From Raillietiella orientalis (Eukaryota), in assembly GCA_036172245.1 (NCBI GenBank), contig JAYWIR010000039.1, forward strand, positions 806,001 through 870,000: DNA of 64,000 bases. Reading direction: 5' to 3'. The translations under genes and the position numbers were made by a program. Below the pieces are notes generated by a model. That model saw only the letters and a list, made by a program, of their open reading frames with translations, did no database searches and had not been told where the DNA came from. Positions 11,569 to 23,158 of this stretch are shown here, piece after piece (position 1 is the first letter of the stretch; each line of letters starts with the position of its first letter).

Positions 11569-12359
11569 ACGATCATTGAGTGCAGTCGCTACCCCAGTGC
11601 GAACTGGTTGTTCCCTGTGGTTGCTGATCCTTGGCGCGCGCCCTCCTCACTTTCCTCTCCTCCCCCGGGAATCACCTCATGGCTCAATTTCCCCCTCCCC
11701 CGGGCCTTCAACTGCTGAGAATGTAGCTTTAGCTGCCTTCAGTTGCCCCTGGTCTCCACGCGCGTAGCGTAGCATCTTTTTCCTCGAAAGGAAGCAGCTG
11801 TTCCCCATTATCAGCGCATCTCTCTGAGGAGAAAGATGTGCAACTCGCACCCGATCCCACCCGGCATCCGGAAGAAGAGTCTCGGCAGAGGAACTCTCTG
11901 CTTCGAAAGCTCCCTCGTCTTGCCGAAAGGCAACATCTCGTTCTTTTCCTTCTGGGAGATCCAAGGAACGCTCTTGTCTTCTGACTGGCGGAGATCTCAT
12001 GTCCGGAGGTGGTCAGGGTCAAAGGCTTGACTTCTACCGGTCCAAAACTCAAACCCGAGATCGAGGGAGGAGCCTCCGCGCTTAGGCGGCCAGGAATGTG
12101 GTTTGGAAAGGGCTTCTTTGCTAGGGAGGAGTGTAGTGAACTAAAACATCCTTGGGTGCTCCAGAGCTCTTCTTGGCGGACTCGGAGGTGGTCGTGAGCC
12201 CACGATAAAGCGACACTCTAAAAGTTTGCTCCAGCTGCTACGTCCCGACTTTCTTTGTAGAGGAGGGGAGCTCAATAGGGAAAGAGTGACTTAATCTCGC
12301 GTGGGAAAGAGCTTTCCGGGGCACGTCCAGAACTGTGGATTATGTCCGTTGCCTTTCAG

Positions 12360-12549
12360 AGAGCACAGCGGTCAAGCAGTTCGCTGGCGAAGTCAAAGAG
12401 GAATCTCCTTGCGATGTGGACGGGAGTCTCGCTTCACCGTTCAGTCAGATGTATGGTGAAGAGCGCACCCCCTCTTCTCCGAGGAAAGCAGCCCAGTACG
12501 TGGACATGCCCGAGCGCACCTACAAAGAAGAGGACAGCGGCGCCGGCAG
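12360..12549 (+). CDS. Internal exon of the same gene (ESTAVKQFAGEVKEESPCDVD...DSGAGR)
   Basis: Acceptor GCCTTTCAG|, donor CAG|GTGAGC. Phase 1 in (G+AG = Glu) matches the 10805 donor, phase 2 out, open reading frame. Confidence 0.75.
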
Positions 12550-13577
12550 GTGAGCCCCTCTTTCCGGCGGCGATAGCGAGCACGCTGCCGCTCCTCGTGG
12601 ATGCCCTCGCGTGCAAGCAGGATATACCGCGCACGAAATGGTGCCAGGGGACCACACTCTCCCTACCCGAAACGCGCAGCTGTCACGGCAGCCGTTGCCA
12701 CAGCATTGGCGTGCTGGCGCCTTTCCTTTCCCATGACTTTCCGTGCAGCTCTTGCGAAAAATATTCTTCTGCTCAAAGAAGCACGAAGGCGATGCAGAGC
12801 CGACTCACTTTCAGCCTCCGCTTCGCCCAAAATTTCTGTGTCTTCCCTTTTCCTGAATGGAACGAACGCCCTCTACGGTTCAGAGAGGTTTGTTCGGTCC
12901 GAAACGCCATAGCATTTGGCTATCATCTGAACGCCGTAGTGATCCACAACGCCACGCCTGAAGGCGTGCGCCCTCTATAAGCGGGAAGCCATCTTTTCGT
13001 CCTGCGTCCTTTGCGGTCCCTACATCAAAGCGCTGCTGACATCCCCACGAACCTTGGCAGCAGTAGCACCTTGCGAACGGTGTCAGGCGATGACCCCTCA
13101 GAACGCCGATGCTTCCTTCCTCCCGCTCCTCTTTTGTGTCTCTCGACTCCGTCCGAGTTCCCCCTTCTTCGAACTCTCCACCTCGACTCGCCTCACCCAC
13201 TGCTCCTCGGCATCCTCACGGCCAAATGACTTGGTATCCTCGGAATTTGATGACCCACTCGTAATTCCTCGCAGATGGTTTAAGGTGGCCAGGGAATTGG
13301 AGGACGCGTTCCCGCCCGTGGCGCCGTCCCGCCAAGGACTTGAGAAGATGTGCGAAGAAACACGCATGACCAGAGAGCGAACACGTTCCCATTTCTTTTT
13401 CTTTTCCTGATTTAACTGCCTCCTTCGCCCGTGAGCGCCCAGACACACCACACGATCGAAACTCTTGCTCCAGAAAATTCCACCAGGAAGAAGACAAACG
13501 CGTCGCGGAACAGCCGCGGTCGTGTGAAGAACGCTCTCCTCCGGAGAGATTGCAATGATCTTTGTCTTCGAAACCAG

Positions 13578-13792
13578 GAGCAGCGAGGTGGGCCGTCTCC
13601 AGGAAGACTCGCCCCGTAGCGGCAAGACGAGGGTGAAGGCCTCGGACTGTTCCTCGAGCGACGAGACCTCAAAAGCGAGCGCAGCGTCTGAAGCGTTCGA
13701 TAAGCAGAAATCCTTCGACATTTTCAAAAATTTCTCTCGCGACAGCAAGCTCGGCGGCGGAGGAAGAGACAAATCCCATCCGGGAGCAGAAG
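13578..13792 (+). CDS. Internal exon (RSSEVGRLQEDSP...KSHPGAE)
   Basis: Acceptor TTTGTCTTCGAAACCAG|, donor AAG|GTAAGC. Phase 2 in matches the previous exon, phase 1 out, open frame. Confidence 0.7.
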
Positions 13793-14144
13793 GTAAGCGA
13801 GCTGGAGAGGGAGCCGCTGGGAAGCTGCGAGGCAGGTCGACCTCCGGAAGAGGTGGAGCTCGCTCGCTACGCGCTCCTGCGTCCCGCGGGCCGAGCGCGA
13901 TGTCGACTCGGACGGTGGATGCCTCCGAAGGCAACGTGCCTCGCTGCGTCACGGATGGTTCGCGTCCGTCCTCTCCAATAGATCCAGCGCTGCCCTCCCG
14001 CTCGGATCTTTTCCTAACGGTTTCCTCCGAACGAAGGGGGGAAGGAACGCCATGCGCTTCGGCCCGGGGGAATCTCCGTGCCTTCCGAAATACATCAGGA
14101 GCACAGCTGCTTGATGCTGCTGGGATCCGCTTTGCTTCTTCTAG

Positions 14145-14201
14145 GGATCTCGAGACCCTGCTGCGCGGAAGAAGCGACCATTCCCGACTACCCGTACATC
14201 G
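14145..14201 (+). CDS. Short internal exon (GISRPCCAEEATIPDYPYI)
   Basis: Acceptor TTTGCTTCTTCTAG|, phase 1 in. The weak donor G|GTAGCT gives phase 1 out, compatible with the 19101 exon. An alternative donor GTGGGT lies at 14210. Confidence 0.5.
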
Positions 14202-17200
14202 GTAGCTGGGTGGGTGTACATGAGCGTGTCAAAGCAGATTTCGTGCGATTCTTTGCGGAGCTGAATTATCACCATTGCTCCCGGATCGCTCTAACGGGAA
14301 AGGCAGACTCGCTGTCGTGGACCGTCTGGCGATCGCCTACTGGTGGCGCCTTGGCAACGGAGGGCACATGTGCTGATCCGTTTGATTCGGGAGCCGGAAG
14401 CAAGCTTCGCGGGCCCGTCGCAAGTTCGCTCGGGAATGCGTGGGCAAGACTGGCCGAGGAAAGATGCTGGACGGGAAATAAATCCACCCTCACCTTCTCT
14501 CCTTGCGTGAGGGAGCGCTGCGGCGAGTCCGCGAGGGACATGGCGCGGCAGCATGCCCGACAACCCCTCTTCTCCCCTTCGAGGGGCCTTTCCCTTTCGT
14601 TCCCGGAGTGCCTCCGCAAAACTTCGCTTTCTTCTCTCCCATTATTTCTCGAGACATCCCCCCTTCGCGGAGATCGTTTCCATGGACACGGCAAGCAGTC
14701 ATGTCTTGACGGTTATTGGAAAGCGGGGAGCAAAAAAAAATGAAACGTCCAAATTTGCCATTTCCAGGCTCCAAAAGAAGGGAAGAGGAAGACATTTTCG
14801 AGAAAAATGCTGATCGCGCCTAAAAGGCAAATAAGCGCTGATGCTTGGAGCATCTTCCCGTTCTTCATCGCCGAGCTCCGTAGCCAGGATCACGCGTGAA
14901 GAGGCAGATGGGTCTCGCCTCGTGAGCAAGAACGGGCGGCAGAGCCTTCTGCCGCTGCAGGAATATCCTCGTCCCGGCAGAAAATCGGGAAAGGGCGGAA
15001 AGCGAAAGACAAATGCGGGCGCCGGCGAGGCGCGATGGAATGGACCGAGGTCCATCAGGGAGCTGGACCCGGAGATCGAGGCTACTCCGAACCGAGAAGT
15101 TGTTCGGGGAAACCCTCGCGCGTCTTGCAGGAACAAGTATCTCGAGAGAGCGTTCGGGAAGGCGCCGTTGTCGCGTTCCCCGGACCATTCTCGATTCGCC
15201 CGCCGGCACAGGAATCCCGTCCGAGAATCCTCCAGAAGAGAAAAGCTTGGCTTCTCTTACATGCGAGGCGTGGGGCTAGCCATTTCAAAGGAAGGGAAAG
15301 AGAGGAGAAGGAAAAAAAAAGTTGGACGGTAAAGTCCAGGAATGGGAACGCATCTGATTGGCAGGAGATTCCCAAGGGACTCGCAAATCGCCTCAGTTTA
15401 GCGAGAGAGGGAAGTCCAGAAAGGAAAGCGGAACTTCTTGGCAAGTAGGTTTTTACACTGTACGAGCCTGCGCGCATTGCAAAGTGTACGCTGGTACGGT
15501 GAAATTCTTACGGAAGCAGAAGGACGTCTCTGTCCTCGGTCCTCAGACGAAAGGAACCGGCGAAGGATGGCTATACGGAGCTTCTTGCGGGAGGGGGCGT
15601 GAGGACACGTCGGCAGGAAGCAGCTGTGGGCATCGGTTGGGAAGGGGGGCGGAGGGGGCTGCGGATGAAGATGCCGACGTTCCGAATGAACCTCGGTTCT
15701 TGAAAGATCACCTGAGCCACGAGAGAATTTCGGGCGACGAGTGACCGAAGAGAACAGGACTGGCACGCGCCTTTGAGATCACAGCGCCAACTATTCAGAG
15801 AGCGAGAAGGAAAAATCCTCTTCGTGCTGTTCAGGACGCCATCCGGACAAGTGAAAGCCTATGTGTCTGGTTCAAGAAGCAAGGAGCTGCTGTTAGCGGA
15901 TGTTTCGAGCAAAGCAAGGGTCCATCCGACAGAGTGGCTTCCAATTTGATTCTAATGGATTAATGTGTTCCCGGTTAACCTCCAGTAAAGCGCTGATTCG
16001 CGCAAAGCTCAGACAGCACGCAGGGCGATTTGATTCCCCGCACAGAAGCGGAATAGCTGCTGCCGTGGAAACTGATGATACCAAAAACTTGAAAGAGCGA
16101 ATCGATGATCCAACGAGAAAGCCACAGATTGGCTTCCGAAAGCCTCAGCCGGTAGCTCTCAGAGGGGAAATTTTTTCAAGGTCCATCAAGACCATCTTCG
16201 TTGATCTGAATCAAGAAACATATCGCTCGTTCACCCGAATAGGAAAGACCACAGAAAAATACATCCATGGAGCAAAAAATAGGTGGACCGCTTTCGGAGG
16301 CCGAGTTGCCTCGCTGCGGATGGCGGGAAACACGAAAGTTGTTCCGGACTCATGGCACGAGACTGGCTCCAGACATCGGACTGTTGCTGGGATCCGCTGC
16401 CAGTTCTTTCTGCTGATTAAAGTGCTCTTCGTTCCGATCACACAATTCCTGCCGATCGAAACACGGCCCTCTCGAGGCAAAATAAGGGAAGCTCATGAAC
16501 ATCTGGAGGCTGCTGCTTTATTTGAAAATTTATAGCCTTAATGACCGCACATAAAAATGAAGGTGAGGCGGAATTTTCGCCTACGTGACTCTTCTCCAGC
16601 CTTCGGGCTGAATCCTTTACAGGAAGCTTCCAGATACGAAAGAATCGTTCAAAAGTCCTCCTCCTTTCGGAGGGTTGCATTTTTTTGTATTGGTCCGGGG
16701 AAGCAAAAATGAGTACCCTTATTCTGGGAAGGTACATCTGTGAAAAGTCAAGTGCACAAAAAAGAGAAAGTAGCACTGCGTTGAGGTGCATTATGAGTTC
16801 TTCTACAAGAACACTCGGATGGTATCGAGAAAGGAAGTGGAAAATTGATAAGAACTGACTGGCATAGGGCGGGAAGAAGGTTAGGTGTTAGGTGTAAAAT
16901 AAAAAGGAACTCTAGTGCTAAACAAAAAGAAGGAAAGATGGCGATGCAGCGCATTCAGAAGCAGAAGTAGCTGACGATAAAGGCTCGTGAATTGCTCGAA
17001 ACCCTCCTGGAAAGTTTGATAAGTTAATTAGTAGCTCAGTAGATAAATTTGATGGAAACCATCAGACAGCATCAACATCTATAAACTCAGAAATAGTACG
17101 GGACTCATCTATGAAATCAGAGGCTGACAGGCAACTGGGTAGTTCAGAAAGTGAGGCAGATGGAAGCACACAGGGACTATCAAGCAAGCATTCTCTTCCG

Positions 17201-19100
17201 AGGTCTCAAAAGAGGTTGACTGAGGTCCCCCCCAAAAATTGACATTTTCGTGAGCAAGAAAGTGGACGTGAGCACAATGTAATTAGGGTGAACTCTTATC
17301 GTTGTTTCGGATATCCTCTAGCTTTGTTTCGCTGCCGCAGCAGAACAACCATCGGCTAACAGACCGACTCTTCGACAGCCGGATTGTAGTCGAAGGCAGA
17401 AAGTTCACAAGATAGGAAGAACATCTTTGGAGCAATCAAAGAATGGTTAATTAAAAACGAGCTGAAAGCAGAAGCTTGCAGCGAGATAGGCACCATCCTT
17501 GGAGTCTTCGGCTGGCGGAACACTCAAAGCAGACATATGTCAAAATCAGAGTCCATTTCTAAGCGCCACTGGACTGGCTTCATCGGCGCGAATTAAACCA
17601 GCGATGACTTGAACTTTCATCTTTCTGGGTCACGAATTGAAGGATGCCGGAGATGAAATAAAATACGGCAGATCAGCCTGAAAATCTTTCATGTCAGAGT
17701 AACTCGAAAAGAATATGCAGGCACCTTTCTGCGAACAGGAAAAAAAAATTCCCTTGCGAAGCAAGTCAATCATTCAGAGGATTCCATTACCAACGCAGGA
17801 GGCATCCGCACAAGTCATAGGCTGAAAGCAAAACGCCAGGGGAAGCCTTGCGCAGCTCAAAGGAGCCAGGGGTAGGCAAACATCGAATAGGGGAATGAGT
17901 CAGCAACGCAACTGAGCAAACAAGAGATGGTGACTTGGATTTCCGAACGGATGCGACCAGAACGGAGCCTTGAAAAGTTGACTCTGCGGCGACCCTAGCG
18001 GAACCGCCGCAATTAGCGCAGCATCCTCGCAGAAATGGGCGAATGAAAATGAGAAGAGGAGAAGGAAACCGAGGGATAGCGGTGCTGAAATTCCTCGAAG
18101 AGGTGTGACGGGGAACGCAGAAGTGAAGCTCACGGAGCAAGAAACCGCCACAAGAAGAGCGTGATGAAATCTGCAGCTGCGCGCGGGCTTGCCGTATGCA
18201 CGCGCGTCTCTGGAAGGCACAACGGGAAGGAAAGACATCACTGGATGCTGTCGATGCCATATTGAGTAGCCTGATGAAAGCGTTCCACGAACACTCAAGG
18301 AACTAAAAGCTCCATCGGGCGGCAGCAGCAACTGCTGACCTGCTACACATTGGGCAATGCTGGAAAGAGGGGAGACGTGAGGGATATCTCTCACTTGTAT
18401 CCGAAGCACCAAAATCCTCTTGAGGAGATGCTTGAGAATTTTCGTTTGCAGGAAGCCAAATGAGGAATCGACCTTCGATTGAGCTTTCAAGTTGGTGTTT
18501 TCCACAAAACAGGACGCTCTGTGTTCCCCGAATTCTTTGGCCGTGGACGAACTGTCGGAAAGCGCCGTCGATCACCAACAAGCCATCGCTCTCACCCTTG
18601 ATTTTGTTTCTTTGCTCATTGGAAACAAATTTCAAGACCGAATGGTGGCTCGCTGCTTTCCGGATAACAGATGGAAGACGAGGCTTAAAAAATTGCACCC
18701 TGGTGGAAGAGTTCAAGCTGCTGGCGAAACGCAAAGGATGCCAAACCTAACTCCACCGGATGGAAGCCCTCAAGCTGCTCACCCCGTGTCCCTCTCGAAG
18801 AAACAGAACCTCCAGCTCACCGGTCCTGGCCCGGTCGTCGCGCGACGTCCTTTGGGCAAGGAACACACGGCGGCGGTGCTAAAAACGGGGTGGTGCCGAC
18901 TGATGGTTGCGTTTCTCGGCTCCCTGTTGCCAGGCGATTTTTTGCGCGCTCTTGCGCTGCCGAACAAGATGAGGCAGCGGGTGCACGCCGGGGCGAATGC
19001 TTTTTGTGCAGGCGCGGCGCACACCCCGGCGAGCGGTCCGAACGCGCTCTCAGCCGAGCGCAAAGGACAAAATGCTGACTGCCTTTGGTTTGCACGCTAG

Positions 19101-21139
19101 GCACTGCGGAATCCAGAACAGAAGACCAGAAAGCGAGTGTTGTGGACAAAATGCCTGCGACAGCCTCCGGCGCCAGCGACTTCAACCTCATGACCTCGTC
19201 TTACAAATCCCGCAGTCAGGACGCGAGCGAAAACCCCGGCTTCGCGATGCCCAACTACGCCGCAAGGATGATACACCAGCACGACGACTGCTTCTCTGCA
19301 GACGCCATGTGCGACGATGGCTCAGCAGCTATCTCCAGGGACCAAGTCGGTGGCGACGGCAGCTGCGCAAGACCTCGCGGCCAGATGAGCACCAACGACG
19401 CGCCAAAGAAGGAACACCAAAATATGGAGACAAAAATGCATAGGGACCTGATTAACTCCTGGTCAGAGTTCTTCAACCTGGAAAGCAACTCCCTGCTGTC
19501 GCACCTGCACTCTGTGGACCCCGTGAAGAACTTCCCCTCCGTTCTCACCGACAAAATCAAGGCGCACTTCGAAATGCTGGCGAGGAAGAAGATCGAGCAG
19601 ATAGACTCGGAAATCATTCACAAGAAGGCAGAGCTTAGAAAGATCAAATACGAGGCGAGCCTGGAAACGAAAAAGCTCACAGAGATCAATCTGGAGACCA
19701 AGGAGATGCTCAAGATAATCAAGAACAAGCAGACGGAGACCTTGCGCATCCTCGAGAAGCTGGAGAAGGCGAGCTACTCCCTCAAGTGCAGCAGCAGGTT
19801 CTATGGGAACGTGGAGGCCCTTCCCTACCTAAACTCGGGCCAGGCAAACCCTCCGGTGAGCGCTGCCATACCGTTGCCGACCATCGTGCCGCACGCGCCA
19901 GCTCCGAACAGGTTCCGCATGCATCCAGAAGTCAAGGGCGCCGTGGGCAAGAATCCTCTGTTGCCAGCTCAGGACAAAAACCACCACCTCGAGGCCACCG
20001 AGCCGAAATGGAAGAGCATGTCGGGAGCTTTCCAGCCTCCGGAGCAAGAACCAAACACGCAGAACAAGTGCTTTTGCTACAAAGACCTGAGAGTGGGCAG
20101 CAAGCCAAAGATAAATGGTGAAAAGACCCAGAGGAATATCGCCATCCAGCCCCAAGTCAGCCCCATCTTCTACGAGAACATTTCCTCCTGCATCCTTCCC
20201 CCTTCCTCGGCGTCCTTCTCCTTCCACAACCGTGATGCGGTTCCCATGTTGAGCAACGCGGAGACCAGCGCCATCCTGGGCACCAGCTCCCAGTTCGAAA
20301 GCAGCTTCAGGGGGGGCATCTACCTGGCCAACTTCAACAAGAAGGATCAGGCGCACGGTCAGATCCAGAGGGAAGGCTTTCACAACTCTCCCAACCCTTC
20401 GGCTAGCAAGAAAGACTGCGAGCAGCGAACCTGCCCGGAGACCAAGTTCTCCCACGGCGCGCCCTCTCAGGCGCCTCCGAAGGAGGGTTACCACGGCGAT
20501 CAGTGCTTCGGACAAAGCTTGGACATGCGCAACATGCAGCACCGCTACACATACTCTTACCAGTGGCAACCTAGGCAGTACCACTTCCCTTCCAACATGG
20601 GCGCCCCACCCTCGATACCAAGGGTTCTCCCCCACTGCGGAGAGAACAGGTTCCGCAGTCTGCACCCTTCCAGGAGCAGGGTGGTGAATAGGCCCTTCCT
20701 GGTCCCCCAGCTGGTGAACTCGGTGGTTCGTAGCGTCGGAAAGAAGCGAAGCGCGGTGGAGTGCAACCTGCACCCTGGCCACAGCGCCCCTCCTCCCCCT
20801 CCGGGGAAGAGCAGCCAGGCAGCGTTCCCCGTTGGCTTGAAGGAGTCTTACAAGGACGTCGGCAGCGATGCCAACTTGCCCGAGGAGGGTCCCGTGAAGA
20901 ACAGGTTGTTCGAGCTCTTGTACAGCCCGAGCGGCCAGGGCGTACCCTCGGAGCTGCAGAGCAAGTTCGAAGATTCCCAGGTGGACCATAGCTCCGGCCT
21001 GGCCTGCGAGTCCGGCGAGAAGGTCAGCAAGTCCGACGGCCTGAAGTCACTGAACACGGTGTACTGCTTCTGCGGGAAGGTGGCGTCCTTCGTTTGCTCG
21101 GGATGCAGGAACTCCTGGTACTGCGACGAGACCTGCCAG
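19101..21139 (+). CDS. ~2-kb exon with a predicted coiled-coil region and the first part of a MYND zinc finger (CFCGKVASFVCSGCRNSWYCDETCQ)
   Basis: Lies in the 907-aa ORF with strong GC3 codon bias. Acceptor TTTGCACGCTAG| (phase 1), donor CAG|GTGACC at 21140. Linkage to the 9.4-14.2 kb exons is inferred from phase compatibility only. Confidence 0.88.
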
Positions 21140-21197
21140 GTGACCTTCCCCTCTCGCTTCCCTTCGAACTTTCGAATGCTTCTTCTTCTCCTTGCAG

Positions 21198-21260
21198 AAA
21201 ACCCACTGGCCGTACCACTCCTTGGATTGCCGGAGGATGAAGCCCGTGGACACGAAGTGA
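21198..21260 (+). CDS. Terminal exon completing the MYND finger (KTHWPYHSLDCRRMKPVDTK*)
   Basis: Removing the 58-nt GT-AG intron 21140-21197 (TTCTTCTCCTTGCAG acceptor) restores the MYND pattern CxxC...YC...CQ...HW..H...C. AATAAA follows at 21299-21304. Confidence 0.88.
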   Translation, partial: KTHWPYHSLDCRRMKPVDTK

Positions 21261-22186
21261 CGCCAGGCTTCTTTCCCAAAGCAAGAACCAAGTTTCCTAA
21301 TAAATTATTTATTGGAAAAATTCAGGATTCGGTTCTGGTACTTCTGCTTTTTCTCTCTGAATGTTTATCTCTTTCTTTGGAGTCCGTCGTCGCTGCTGCT
21401 GCAGAGGCGTCGTTTGAGACGCGACCCACCCGAAATGCTCCGCGACCTTGGAGCTTAAGGGCCCCAGTCGGAACCTCCTCCAAAACGCTTTTGGAGGCAC
21501 AGAAGCGTCCGTCCTGCTTTCGTTCCCGTTTCTCTACCACCACCACCACGTCAGCTGGGAAGAGCTGGGGTCATCGTCCCCTGCCTCCATCAAGCAGCGT
21601 ATCGCGATCGATCCTTCCGCTCTCCTCTTCCTCCCCCCTCCTCCACCGATGTTGGATAGCAACGTCACCAGCCCCGCAAGAACTGGAACTAGGAAACTCA
21701 GCAGCGGCTGTCGCTATCCGTTCGCCTCATCATCTCCCCCACCTCCCCGCACTCAGGAGAAAACATCCGCGTGCAGCCACAAGTCGGCGTAGCTGTCGCA
21801 GCAAATGAGGCTGGAGTGGAAACGGCAACTCTAATCTTCCTGCTCCTGCTCCGCGGGGGCTCTTTTCTTTTTCGCCTTTTTTTCCATCCCGACCCTCAGT
21901 AAGGCGGGGGAGCCTATTCGCGGTTTCCTGAAACCACGGCATCCTGTGATCTTCCTGAAGCCAGCGCTCTTTGAGGGATCTCTCGATGCGCATGAATTTC
22001 CGGACTCGCGAGGTTCCAGAAAAGGGCAATGGGCTCTGTAGAGTCCCACGCGTCCTTTGCTCCCTCCGAACAGGAATGGACGATCCGTTGGAAGACTCCG
22101 AAAGCGTCCATCGGCATGACATGTTTGTCCGGGATCGACTAAGCTGTGACTAGAGGCTGCCTCTGCGGAAAACTCTTCCGCATCAG

Positions 22187-22251
22187 GAGTCCGTTCCTCT
22201 CACTCTTGGGAAGTAACCCCAAAGAAAATCCTCCACCCTGGTTGTCTCCGA
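22187..22251 (-). mobile_element. SINE body fragment F (probably the continuation of copy E beyond the LINE fragment)
   Basis: AGTCCGTTCCTCTC..CTCTTGGGAAG...CCCTGGTTGTCTCCGA matches copy C at 35818-35882. Confidence 0.7.
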
Positions 22252-22267
22252 TTTCCACCCGGATACG

Positions 22268-22882
22268 CGGGCGTCTATTGAAATTTCAAATTGTGGTAGG
22301 ACGCGTGGTCCTACCACACTTTGTTTGTCCATGGATCTGTCGGGTCGCCAGTGCACGGGCCAGCGGAGCTGACTTCGACAACAGAGGGGTCGGGAGAAAA
22401 CGAAAAGAAAGAGTAAATAAAAATAAATAAAAATCTTTGGGAGGGTTGGAAAGGGACTAATGTCCACTGGAGGGAGCCGGGAGCCCTCTGCATCTTTTTC
22501 AGGATATTAGTCCGGATAGGTCCCAGGAGGGATCATCTGGTCGCTATCTTCAGGAAGTGAACTGCGAGCTGGACTAGCGTCCCTCTCATTTCTTCCTCCG
22601 TCGGCTTCGCTCCAGGCCGCCACGATCCTGCGAATGCAGAAAAGTTCTACTGAGGACGAGGCTGGCTGCAGGGCATCCCGCACGAAGAGAAGCAGTAAAA
22701 CATCCCCGGGAGTGCCAACTGGGATCCCGATGGTCTTTCCAAAACATTCCCATGGAGGCCGGATGGCAACACAGTCCACAAGCAGGTACGAGAGGTATTC
22801 CCTCTCCGTCTCGCATCTGCGGCAGTCCGCACTCGCCCTCCCCAGCGTCCAGCAGTGTCGGCGTGAGTTGCAGGTTGTCTCC
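22268..22882 (-). mobile_element. 3' fragment of the same LINE group
   Basis: CNSRRHCWTLGRASADCRRCETEREYLSYLLVDCVAIRPPW...LFCIRRIVAAWSEADGGRNERDA aligns with the 50.3-kb and 1.5-2.1-kb copies. T-rich UTR and a shared terminal hairpin. Confidence 0.8.
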
Positions 22883-23039
22883 TGAAGGAAACAGGAGCTG
22901 GTTGTCCCTACAAGGGAACCTTGAAGGAGACGTCTTTCTTGTTCCCTCCGGACGTCCCTGCGGAGGGGACGCTTCATTACTTTTTCTCCGGAGGGAACCA
23001 GAAAATGAGCCGCTGCTGGAATTTCTTCTCCCAGGGGGA

Positions 23040-23158
23040 CACTCGAAACCAACGACGCACACTCCGCTCTCGGCATAGATCCTTCCCCTGGGCGGGATTC
23101 GAGCCCGTGACGCTTGGCACCACGCGCGGAGACAGCAACCACAAGGCCGCCAACGCGG
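23040..23158 (-). mobile_element. SINE-like element copy E, head region (a diverged body may extend to ~22890)
   Basis: GTTGGCGGCC...CGCGTGGTGCCAAGCGTCACGGGCTCGAATCCC matches the heads of copies B, C and D. Confidence 0.75.

Noticed and set aside
21140..21808. C-terminal ~220 aa of the 907-aa ORF
   Set aside because: Read-through of the 58-nt intron and the 3' UTR. Splicing restores the MYND finger and stops at 21260.
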